64,000 bases of DNA, from IMG/VR virus record IMGVR_UViG_2832142748_000002, positions 10,418 to 74,417 of that record. One strand, 5' to 3'. Under the pieces are notes generated by a model, which worked only from the letters and a program-made list of their open reading frames with translations, ran no database searches and was not told the DNA's origin. This document shows, in pieces, positions 1-7,416 of the stretch; the first letter of the stretch is position 1; every line of letters starts with the position of its first letter. The position numbers and the translations under genes are program-made. This stretch comes from a virus (Duplodnaviria > Caudoviricetes).

Positions 1-748
1 CCTCGCTGACGAGGAGCACAGGCGCCTCGATCTCTTCGACCGCAGTCTGCCCAACGCCATTGGCCAGGACGGTGGACTCAGGCGTCTGGAGCTCCGCGAC
101 AACCGTGCTGGGAGGCTCATTGGATGGCGCGTGCTGGCGCTGCGGCCAAATGAGGTTGCCAAGAAACGCCGCAACGAGCAGTCCGAGCGCAGCGTCCTTC
201 CAGTGCTGGACGACGAACGCCCTGCCCCTGTTCGCATGACGTCGCGCCAAGCCACGCCAGCGCTGTGCCCGGGTGAGCGGCGGTGACAACAGGTGCTCAC
301 GCAGCTCCGGCGCCCCCATGGCGCGGTCCAGAAGCTTCGGAAGATCCTCGCTCACAGCTACCAACTCCTCGTGCACCTTGGCGGTAGCCGCCGCGTGCGG
401 CAGTCGCACCTGGAGCGCGCGGAACGCGGGGGAGTCGGAGGACGTCCAGGTGACCTCGAGGGACGCGCTGGGAAACTGCTCCAGCACTTCCTCCGGCGTT
501 GTCTGGAGGAGCTGCGACTCCTCAACCTCCGGCCTGACGACGATGGCTGGCAGTCCCGTTTGGACGTGGCGCGCCAGGAAGACGTCACCCTGCTCCGTCC
601 GGCGCTCAATGCACCGGCTCAGGTGGTACTGCCCCACACGGCCGGTCTGCCGGCCCTCGTTGGCGCGCGGCTCTCCCGGACTCGCACCACCACCTCCGCG
701 CGCCCGCTGAGACGCACCACCGCCCCGGCTATTCACACCGCTGCCCAT
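1..748 (-). CDS. Partial ORF running off the left edge: degenerate kinase N-lobe-like segment followed by one transmembrane helix
   Basis: Not in the ORF track. My translation from ATG 748 is open to base 1: ...GRVGQYHLSRCIERRTEQGDVFLARHVQTGLPAIVV... and a hydrophobic stretch DAALGLLVAAFLGNLIWP. The + strand 293..793 ORF is its shadow. Confidence 0.6.
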   Translation of the reverse strand, partial: MGSGVNSRGGGASQRARGGGGASPGEPRANEGRQTGRVGQYHLSRCIERRTEQGDVFLARHVQTGLPAIVVRPEVEESQLLQTTPEEVLEQFPSASLEVTWTSSDSPAFRALQVRLPHAAATAKVHEELVAVSEDLPKLLDRAMGAPELREHLLSPPLTRAQRWRGLARRHANRGRAFVVQHWKDAALGLLVAAFLGNLIWPQRQHAPSNEPPSTVVAELQTPESTVLANGVGQTAVEEIEAPVLLVSE

Positions 749-821
749 CGCGCACTCTCGCTCGCCTGCCTGGAGGGGACTCCAGCGACCTGACTCTACG
801 GCGTTTCCCTGACTCTCCGGG

Positions 822-1115
822 CTACTTCTTCGGCGACCGTCCGCGGCGCGGGGCTTCATGAGGCTCCGGCGTCGTCGAAGCCAGCGCGTCACTCTGCTCC
901 GCCTTCTTCTCGCGGTAGTCGGCGATGGCCCAGCGGAGGAAGTGCTCGCACACGTCGCTGATCGTCCGCTTCTTCTCGGTTCCGCTCTCGACCTCAGCGA
1001 TCTCCCTCAGCTCCTCCCACATCGACTCAGGGAGATAGACCGTGGAGCCCTTCTTCTTCTCTTCAGGCGGGGGAAACAGCGGCATGGGGCGCTCACTTTC
1101 GACGGCTCTCTGCAC
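822..1115 (-). CDS. Ribbon-helix-helix (Arc/MetJ-like) DNA-binding regulator
   Basis: STVYLPESMWEELREIAEVE...TISDVCEHFLRWAI fits the beta-alpha-alpha RHH pattern. AGGAGG RBS just upstream of the GTG. Confidence 0.75.
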   Translation of the reverse strand: MQRAVESERPMPLFPPPEEKKKGSTVYLPESMWEELREIAEVESGTEKKRTISDVCEHFLRWAIADYREKKAEQSDALASTTPEPHEAPRRGRSPKK

Positions 1116-1186
1116 TGCTGGCCTCCTTTCGTATGCGTCGGTCGCAGTTCGGTCAACGACGCAAAGATGTAGTCGCCAAGAACTCC

Positions 1187-1230
1187 AACGTCAAACTTGC
1201 ACTAAACTAAATTTAGTTTAGATTGACGTT
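1187..1230. promoter_or_regulatory. Divergent promoter/operator region
   Basis: Perfect 20-bp palindrome CTAAACTAAATTTAGTTTAG (1202-1221) flanked by inverted AACGTCAA (1187-1194) / TTGACGTT (1223-1230). Rightward TTGCAC-16bp-TAGATT; leftward TTGACG-17bp-TACATC. Confidence 0.7.
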
Positions 1231-1290
1231 CATTGAGGCGGACGGACGGGGCTCCACACGGGAGAGGGCGGATGGGCGGGCGCGAGTCGG

Positions 1291-1419
1291 GTGGCCGACG
1301 AGGACGCCAGCAGGAGCAGCACGGACACCAGCGAGTCAGGGCAGGCGAAGCGCGCGAAGGCGAAGCAGCTGTGCAACTCGGGGCACGCGGTGCCCCAGAA
1401 GGAGGAGTGCCGTGGCTGA
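1291..1419 (+). CDS. Possible 42-aa hypothetical protein
   Basis: GTG-started ORF (MADEDASRSSTDTSESGQAKRAKAKQLCNSGHAVPQKEECRG) whose TGA overlaps the start of the next ORF. Confidence 0.3.
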   Translation: MADEDASRSSTDTSESGQAKRAKAKQLCNSGHAVPQKEECRG

Positions 1420-1582
1420 GAAGAAGACGAAGGCGCCGCGCGAGGTGCTGCGCGCCTACTTCGATGAGCACGAGGTGGAGCCGGAGGTTCTGCGCGCGTG
1501 GCAGGAGCTGGACACCACCATTGGAGGCGTGGCGCTCCGCATGGAGGATGACGTCGCTCGGCTGAAGGGCGGCGCGAAGTAA
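1412..1582 (+). CDS. Hypothetical phage protein (56 aa)
   Basis: AAGGAGGAG RBS before GTG 1412. The stop overlaps the next ATG (TAATG). Confidence 0.6.
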   Translation: MAEKKTKAPREVLRAYFDEHEVEPEVLRAWQELDTTIGGVALRMEDDVARLKGGAK

Positions 1583-1935
1583 TGCCCCTGCACGAGCTGG
1601 CCGAGGCGCTCACCGTCCTCGCTCGTGAGGGCTGGACGCCGCCGGACCGCGACGCGGCGAGCCTCGCGCAACAGGTGCGCGAGCTGGAGGCGCAGCAGGC
1701 CCAGACGCAGGAGGCGCTGCAGGCCGTCGAGTACCTCCAGGAGGCGTGCGAGCCCGACGGCACCGACGCCACGCGCGAGCGGTGGCTGCGCCTCCAGCGC
1801 CGCGTCACCAGTTCGCGACTCCAGTTGGCCCGCCTCAACGAGGCGGAGGTGTATCTGCGCGCGGAGTTGGAGCGCCAGGTGTGGCTCGCGCAGCACCTTC
1901 GCGCGCGGGCCGAGTCGCAGCGGGCCGCCGCGTAG
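1582..1935 (+). CDS. Hypothetical coiled-coil phage protein
   Basis: Coupled start, GC-rich third codon positions, heptad-like Leu/Ala/Gln/Glu pattern. Confidence 0.7.
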   Translation: MPLHELAEALTVLAREGWTPPDRDAASLAQQVRELEAQQAQTQEALQAVEYLQEACEPDGTDATRERWLRLQRRVTSSRLQLARLNEAEVYLRAELERQVWLAQHLRARAESQRAAA

Positions 1936-1985
1936 CACGTCAGACCTCATTGGCAAGACGAAGGCATTCAACCTGAGAGGTTGCA

Positions 1986-2195
1986 TTGCCGAATGGACGC
2001 CGCTCCCCCTGCCCCGCCTACGCCGAGCACCCGGACAGAAGCTGGGTGCTGTGCGAGCGCGAGTATGGACACGAGGGACGGCACCGGTGTCGGGACATGG
2101 AGTGGGACTGCCTCACCCCGGAGGACGAGGTGCAGGCCGAGTTGCGAGAACTGCTGCGCCAGGCCGAGCAGGCCGCAGGCGAGCACTACGAGTAG
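1986..2195 (+). CDS. Hypothetical protein with Cys/His cluster
   Basis: GAGAGG upstream; C-x13-C-x4-GHEGRH-x-C; in operon order before erf. Confidence 0.6.
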   Translation: MPNGRRSPCPAYAEHPDRSWVLCEREYGHEGRHRCRDMEWDCLTPEDEVQAELRELLRQAEQAAGEHYE

Positions 2196-2207
2196 GAGCG
2201 GACGGCA

Positions 2208-3005
2208 ATGACGGGCACCAACACAACCACGGGCACCGCGGAGAAACCGCCGGAGCGCAGCTTGGTGCGCAAGCTGGCCGAGGTCATGGGCGAGGTGGAG
2301 CGCGTCCCGAAGTCAGGGCGCAACGACTTCCACCGCTACGACTACGCGACCGAGGCAGACATCGTCTCGGCCGTTCGGAAGGCCATGGCGGACCGCGCCC
2401 TCATGCTGATTCCCTCCGTGGTGAAGACGGAGTGGCGCGAGGTGGAGCGCAACAAGGGCGGCAAGGACCGAATCGCAACGCTGACCGTGCGCTTCACACT
2501 GACCGACGGCGACAGCGGCGAAGAGCGGTCGTTCGAGGTGCTCGGCGAGGGGCAGGACCAGGGCGACAAGGCCACGTACAAGGCGCTCACCGGAGCGGTG
2601 AAGTACGCCTTGCTCAAGCTCTTCCTGATTCCCACTGGCGATGACCCGGAGGATGACGGGCAAGGCCAAAGCCAGCAGTCCCAGCGCGGAAGCCAGCAGC
2701 GCCCTCGTCAAGCAATGGACGACGGACCGCCCCCTCAGCGCACGGGTGCCCCGGCTCCTCGCACTACTCCTCGGAGTGGAGGTGCCGACGACGTCGCCGC
2801 CGCCATCGTCTCTGAAGCCGAGCAGGTGACCAAGGAGGAGTTCCCCGCGCTCTACGGGCGTGCACAAGGCCTCCCCAAGGGGAGCAAGGCTCGGGAGGTG
2901 GCGGGCGAAGCCGTGAAGGCCTCCGCAAAGCGCCTGGGCTTCTCTGCCAAGCAGGTTGCCGCCATGCAGAAGCCGGTGGGACGCGAGCCCGGCGCGGAGG
3001 GCTGA
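2208..3005 (+). CDS. erf: ERF-family single-strand annealing protein
   Basis: KSGRNDFHRYDYATEADIVSAVR...GEGQDQGDKATYKALTGAVKYALLKLFLIPTGDDPE is the ERF core, followed by a low-complexity tail. Confidence 0.92.
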   Translation: MTGTNTTTGTAEKPPERSLVRKLAEVMGEVERVPKSGRNDFHRYDYATEADIVSAVRKAMADRALMLIPSVVKTEWREVERNKGGKDRIATLTVRFTLTDGDSGEERSFEVLGEGQDQGDKATYKALTGAVKYALLKLFLIPTGDDPEDDGQGQSQQSQRGSQQRPRQAMDDGPPPQRTGAPAPRTTPRSGGADDVAAAIVSEAEQVTKEEFPALYGRAQGLPKGSKAREVAGEAVKASAKRLGFSAKQVAAMQKPVGREPGAEG

Positions 3006-3007
3006 CC

Positions 3008-3253
3008 GTGCGCCGCTGCCGCCCGCGCAAGCCGTCCTCCGAAGTCGTTCGGCACCGGTCCAACCGGGCCGAGTACTTCGCGGGCCTGCGCGCACTGCGC
3101 GGCGAACAGCAGGAACTGCCAGCGCCGCGCCAACTCGACGTACGCGTGGACTGCTGCGCGAAAGCAACCATCCAGGACTGCGCGTGTGGTGGCTCGCGCG
3201 TCTGCCCGGACCATGGCGGCCCGGTGTGCTTCGGGAAGTTCAGCCACGACTGA
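3008..3253 (+). CDS. Hypothetical Cys-rich protein
   Basis: Follows erf with a 2-nt gap; C-terminal DCACGGSRVCPDH. Confidence 0.5.
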   Translation: MRRCRPRKPSSEVVRHRSNRAEYFAGLRALRGEQQELPAPRQLDVRVDCCAKATIQDCACGGSRVCPDHGGPVCFGKFSHD

Positions 3254-3305
3254 TTGCGCAGCACCGCGCGTTCCGACAGCCGCATCACGCGGCCCGGGCC
3301 GATCT

Positions 3306-3419
3306 CCTAGCGCGCGGGGTTGCAACCCGGTGGCATTGGGCCACCGGGCCTTGTCGGTGGAGCGGCCAGCACAACACCTGGCTGGACGGAGCGTTCCACC
3401 TCACCCCGCGCGGCATAGG
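3306..3419 (+). ncRNA. Candidate structured RNA (three-way junction)
   Basis: Nested stems: 3311-3320/3403-3412 (10 bp perfect), 3326-3334/3340-3348 (9 bp perfect), 3357-3364/3392-3399 (8 bp, one G-U) with an inner 5-bp hairpin. Lies in an intergenic gap. Confidence 0.4.
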
Positions 3420-3532
3420 GCCTCGCGGGGCCTCTCACGGCGCTGGCGTTGAGCGCTGCCCGGCGAGGGCGGTCCCCACTCCCGTCCTCGCCGGGTCCTT
3501 CTCTCGCAGTGCCACCACAAGAGGCCGTCCTC

Positions 3533-3913
3533 ATGAACGAAGTCGTCGCAGCGATCATCCTTGGCGTGTTCCCCACAGCCCCGCAGAAGCGAAAGCTTGA
3601 GAAGTTGCGCGGTCCGGACGGTGAGTTCGTGGGCTTCCCACTCAAGGACGTCCCCTCCTTCATTGATGGCTCCACGACCGGAAGCGGTGTGCCCGCCGCC
3701 CTCGGCATCCCCGTGGCCATCGCGAACAGGTTCAAGGAGGCCCCCGGCGCCGTGGACCTTCCCGTCTGTCGCGTCGAGGACTTGTCCAAGGTGCTGAAGA
3801 AGCCGCTGGCCTTGGCGACGAAGCGGTGGAAGCAACTCGCGAAGTGGGCTTCCGCGAATGGCGTGGAACTCGGAGAGCCATCGCTGATCCTCGGACACAT
3901 CAACAGAGGCTGA
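3533..3913 (+). CDS. Hypothetical protein
   Basis: GAGG RBS before ATG 3533; codon usage like neighbouring phage genes. Confidence 0.65.
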   Translation: MNEVVAAIILGVFPTAPQKRKLEKLRGPDGEFVGFPLKDVPSFIDGSTTGSGVPAALGIPVAIANRFKEAPGAVDLPVCRVEDLSKVLKKPLALATKRWKQLAKWASANGVELGEPSLILGHINRG

Positions 3914-3966
3914 GCCCCACGAGCAACACCGCGCCACCACCTAGCGCGCGCAACACCAGCAGCACC

Positions 3967-4033
3967 TGCCGATGACGGGGCGAGGGCCCCCGCTGGACGT
4001 CCCAGCGCTCCCGGTTCGAGTCCGGCGTCGGCA
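3967..4033 (+). ncRNA. tRNA-like cloverleaf (non-canonical; not a standard tRNA)
   Basis: Acceptor-like stem 3967-3974/4026-4033, arm 3977-3981/3986-3990, arm 3991-3996/4002-4007, T-arm CCGG-TTCGAGT-CCGG (4011-4025). Lacks U8, a normal D-loop, U33 and CCA. Confidence 0.5.
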
Positions 4034-4069
4034 ACTCCGTCCAGCCGCAACACCAATCCCCGGAGTCGT

Positions 4070-5203
4070 ATGTCTTTCTCCCCGCGTCTTATCGCGCTGG
4101 CACTCGTGTGCCTCGTCGCGTGCAGTTCCAGCGAGTACAGCACCCGTGGTGAGTCCGAAGCGAAGCCCCGCGCGGACACGGCTGGCGTCATCCTCTTCGG
4201 CCTCCCGTCCTTTCCCAAAAACATGCAGAGCTACTGCCGCAACAGTTCGGACACGGCGATGACCAACTACGAGGCCAAGCGGGGGGCCATCCCCGACGAC
4301 CTCGTCAAGTGCACCTCCGTCCATCTCCAGGCGGATTGCCTACGCGCAGCCCTCGCAAAGCACAGCTCCAACTGGAGCGGCGCCGACGAGGCCTGGGAGG
4401 CACGCTTCCCGGCTGCTGACTGGGACAACCTTCCCAACACCGCCTACGCGGATGCCGAGGATGCATTGGACAATGCGGAGGACACGCATCCGGCGTGCAA
4501 GGGCAAAGGGGTGGCGTTGAGGGCCGGAGCCATCGTCGGACACATCCTCGCCGGAGCCGGCACCGCAGACGGCAAGCCCTTGGACTGGACCGCACACAAG
4601 AGCCCCGCCCGGGCGGCCACGTTCGACTTCGAGTCGTTCATCCCCGCCCGGGCTGCTGACTTCGGCGCCCCTCGCGAGGCGCAGGAGGTCTGGACAGCTT
4701 GGCGCAACGAAGCCATCACCGAGGCCCGCTCGGCGGCCGCCAACGCATACCTCGCACAGAAGGAGGGGCGGCTCGACGTGGACGGCGCGAAGTGCTTCGT
4801 GTGGACCCGCTTCTCCCGTGCCTCCGGTGGGAGCATGAGCCTGATTGATGCCCGAGCCATCGCGCTGGGGGAGAAGATCCGGAAGGTCCCCATCAACGCG
4901 CCGGCCTGGGTGAAGGCCACGTCGAACAAGATCCAGGATGAGGCCGAGGAGAAGTGCGACGACTCGGACAACATCGGCGTCAAATACATGAACCGCATCG
5001 AGAGTGACGCGCGGCTGGCGGCACTTCGCTCCGAGGCGGACGCAGCCATGATGGGAATGCTGAGGTTCGTCAACAACGCGAAGATATTCGTGGAGGCTGC
5101 CGCGACTGGTGGACTGAGCCCCGCGAACCTCCCTCTACCGTTCCTCGGCGGGGACCTCGTCGAGAAGTACCGCCCCCACAAGGGCTACGACGGCCCGCTG
5201 TAG
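4070..5203 (+). CDS. Lipoprotein of unknown function
   Basis: Signal peptide with lipobox LVAC (Cys18); several Cys; long well-formed ORF. Confidence 0.75.
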   Translation: MSFSPRLIALALVCLVACSSSEYSTRGESEAKPRADTAGVILFGLPSFPKNMQSYCRNSSDTAMTNYEAKRGAIPDDLVKCTSVHLQADCLRAALAKHSSNWSGADEAWEARFPAADWDNLPNTAYADAEDALDNAEDTHPACKGKGVALRAGAIVGHILAGAGTADGKPLDWTAHKSPARAATFDFESFIPARAADFGAPREAQEVWTAWRNEAITEARSAAANAYLAQKEGRLDVDGAKCFVWTRFSRASGGSMSLIDARAIALGEKIRKVPINAPAWVKATSNKIQDEAEEKCDDSDNIGVKYMNRIESDARLAALRSEADAAMMGMLRFVNNAKIFVEAAATGGLSPANLPLPFLGGDLVEKYRPHKGYDGPL

Positions 5204-5350
5204 GCACTGATGTGGCTGGCCAGCGAGAGCGAGGCCGCCGCGACTCCGAAGCACTTCAAGTACCGAGCGGGCGGCACAGCGCGGGCCGCCCGCCCGCTTC
5301 CCGCGCGCCGTCACGACGGCGGCGCGATCACCCCCAACAACGAGACGAAA

Positions 5351-5761
5351 GTGGCGACGAAGACGGAGACGAAGAGCAGTGGTGGCCTGCTGGAGCTGGC
5401 AGAGAGGCTGGAGGAGGTCGCGCAGCTGCTGCGTGACACTGTGGCGAAGCTGGGTGGCGTGGTGACGTCCGCGCCCGCGGCGAAGGCGCCCCTGGCGAGC
5501 GCGGCCAAGCCGTCGAAGCCCGGCACGGCGAAGGCGGCGCAGGAGGACGGCACGCGCGTGTGCGCCATCAAGGGCTGCGGCAAGCCCAGCCGGACGAAGG
5601 GCTACTGCGCGGCGCACTACCAGAAGCTGCGCAACCTGGAGAAGACGAAGCGGCGTCCGGCGGACTGGGTGGACGACGCGAAGCCGAACACGGTGGAGGA
5701 CGTCCTCCTGCCGCGCGGCCGCGCCGCCTCGAAGGCGCTGGCGGAGGCGAGCGCCCAATGA
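5351..5761 (+). CDS. VegA-like histone-like protein with C-terminal Cys/His zinc-finger domain
   Basis: Ala/Lys/Pro-rich linker, then CAIKGCGKPSRTKGYCAAHYQKLRNLEKTKRRPADW...LPRGRAASKALA. As I recall the sequence, this closely matches the C-terminus of Myxococcus xanthus VegA. Start GTG 5351 inferred. Confidence 0.75.
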   Translation: MATKTETKSSGGLLELAERLEEVAQLLRDTVAKLGGVVTSAPAAKAPLASAAKPSKPGTAKAAQEDGTRVCAIKGCGKPSRTKGYCAAHYQKLRNLEKTKRRPADWVDDAKPNTVEDVLLPRGRAASKALAEASAQ

Positions 5762-6636
5762 AGCCAGCGGACGTCAGCGGCCTGCCGAAGGAGCTGGAGG
5801 AAGTCCGTCGCATCGCACTGGGCGAAGTGCCCGCCGATGAGGCGCAGGTCCGGGCCGCGCTGGCTCAGGCATGGGCCTGGCTCGCGCCGCTGACGTCCGC
5901 ACTATTGCCGGCTGAACCGTCGCCCGGCGCGGCGAAGCACACGACCGAGGATGTGGAACGGTGGTTCCGGGCAGTGGTCGCGCGGACAAAGGGTTCCACC
6001 GAAACGGTGATGGCCCGGATGCTCCGGGACGCCGCGCTGGAGGGCGCTAAGGTGCCGGGGCTGGTGGCGGACAACGCCGTCCTCCTGAAGCTCGCCCTGG
6101 ATGACGTCCCCGCGTGCGATTGGCAAAGCGGGCGGGGCACGTGTGACGAGACGGGGCGCCAGCCGCGGTGCCAATTCTGCCTGCGCCGGGATGAGCTGAT
6201 GAACAGCCCCGGCGCATCCATGCTCGCAGAGCACGAGACGAAGGTGTCCGCCCTCCAGGCCCAGGTGGCGCATCTCACGGCCGAACTGGACAACCTGAAG
6301 GACTGCGAGCAAGGGGCGAATGCCGTTGCAGTTGAGGCGATGGCTGCGCAGCGCAAGGCCGAGTCCGAGCAGGACGAAGAACGCAAGGCGGTGGAGGCGA
6401 TGACGAAGGCCATCGACAAGCACCTCCCCGGCATCTGCCCGGCGCAGTCCCCGGACGAGGGCATCCACCTGCTGGCCGAGCAGCGCGACGCCGCCCAGGC
6501 CCGCGTGGCGGAGCTGGAGCGCGAGTTGCGCATTCGCAACGATGACCACGCTTTCGAGCAGGACATGCGCATCAAGACCGAGTCCGAGCGCGACGCCCTC
6601 CGCGCAGGTGGAGGCGGTGCGCGACAGGGCGACTGA
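5758..6636 (+). CDS. Coiled-coil phage protein, probably frameshifted near 6601
   Basis: ATGA overlap with the upstream stop. ERDALRA continues naturally as QVEAVRD in the +1 frame. Confidence 0.6.
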   Translation: MKPADVSGLPKELEEVRRIALGEVPADEAQVRAALAQAWAWLAPLTSALLPAEPSPGAAKHTTEDVERWFRAVVARTKGSTETVMARMLRDAALEGAKVPGLVADNAVLLKLALDDVPACDWQSGRGTCDETGRQPRCQFCLRRDELMNSPGASMLAEHETKVSALQAQVAHLTAELDNLKDCEQGANAVAVEAMAAQRKAESEQDEERKAVEAMTKAIDKHLPGICPAQSPDEGIHLLAEQRDAAQARVAELERELRIRNDDHAFEQDMRIKTESERDALRAGGGGARQGD

Positions 6637-6755
6637 GGTGGCGGCGGCGCGGCAGGATCTGGCGGAGTGGGATCAGCAGACCGTGCTCTCATTCGAAGGG
6701 CTCCAGAAGGAAGGGCTCTCTGCATTCACCGAACTCTCGGCGGCGTTGGGGGAGG

Positions 6756-7286
6756 TTGTTCCTCGCCATCCCCGCCCCGCCCGCCGAGACGCGAGCCGAC
6801 GAGGCGTCATGCGCGGGTGACGTCCCACCGTGCGAGGACTCCATGTGCGGCGACCCGGTGTGCACGAAGCACCGCGGCGCAACGCCCGCCCCGAACTCTC
6901 CGGCTCTTCCGGAGGGTTCGACTCCGCCCGCCGAACCTGAAAGCGGGGCTTACACGTTGGCGGCGCGACGCTGGCTGGCGGCCGTTGAGCGCGCGGCCTC
7001 GAATGAGGCCGTCGCGAGTCGCTACCTAGTCAACGCCAATGGCGCATCCGTCCACCCCGGGGCGCTGCGCGAGGCCGTCCGCTGGGTGCTCCGCGGAGAC
7101 GAGCCGGTTTGCGGCGAGCCCTCCACCGTGCAGGGCAGCGGCAAACCCGCCTCAAACCCCATGCTGTCCGCGCTCGACGTGCGCACCGCGGCGCCGCCGG
7201 GTCTGCGAGTGCGCGCCTTCGTTAACACCGTCATCGCAACAAGGGCCGGGCTCTCCTCTTCCTGTCCCGGCTCCTCACTCGCTTGA
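6756..7286 (+). CDS. Hypothetical protein or distal part of the frameshifted 5758 gene
   Basis: Coding-like third positions; contains a 12-bp hairpin encoding NSPALPEGS (6892-6920). Confidence 0.4.
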   Translation: MFLAIPAPPAETRADEASCAGDVPPCEDSMCGDPVCTKHRGATPAPNSPALPEGSTPPAEPESGAYTLAARRWLAAVERAASNEAVASRYLVNANGASVHPGALREAVRWVLRGDEPVCGEPSTVQGSGKPASNPMLSALDVRTAAPPGLRVRAFVNTVIATRAGLSSSCPGSSLA

Positions 7287-7416
7287 GAGAGCGTTGCGGC
7301 ACTTCAGTGAACCTCTGACCTCTCTGCATCCCGAGCCGCTTGAGGTGCGCCTCTCGTCTCGGGTCCTGGGTTCTGCCAAAATGCCCACGGGGGGCAGCAT
7401 TCGCATGAGAGAGCAC

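Noticed and set aside
273-793. + strand ORFs 273..710 and 293..793
   Set aside because: Shadows of a more protein-like minus-strand frame (ATG 748 to the edge).
3967-4033. A functional canonical tRNA (Thr-CGT or Asp-GTC)
   Set aside because: No U8, 4-nt D-loop, no U33 or purine 37, no CCA; kept only as a tRNA-like structure.
6905-6930. GGTTCGACTCC T-loop-like motif
   Set aside because: No T-stem or acceptor stem; it is one arm of a coding-region palindrome.
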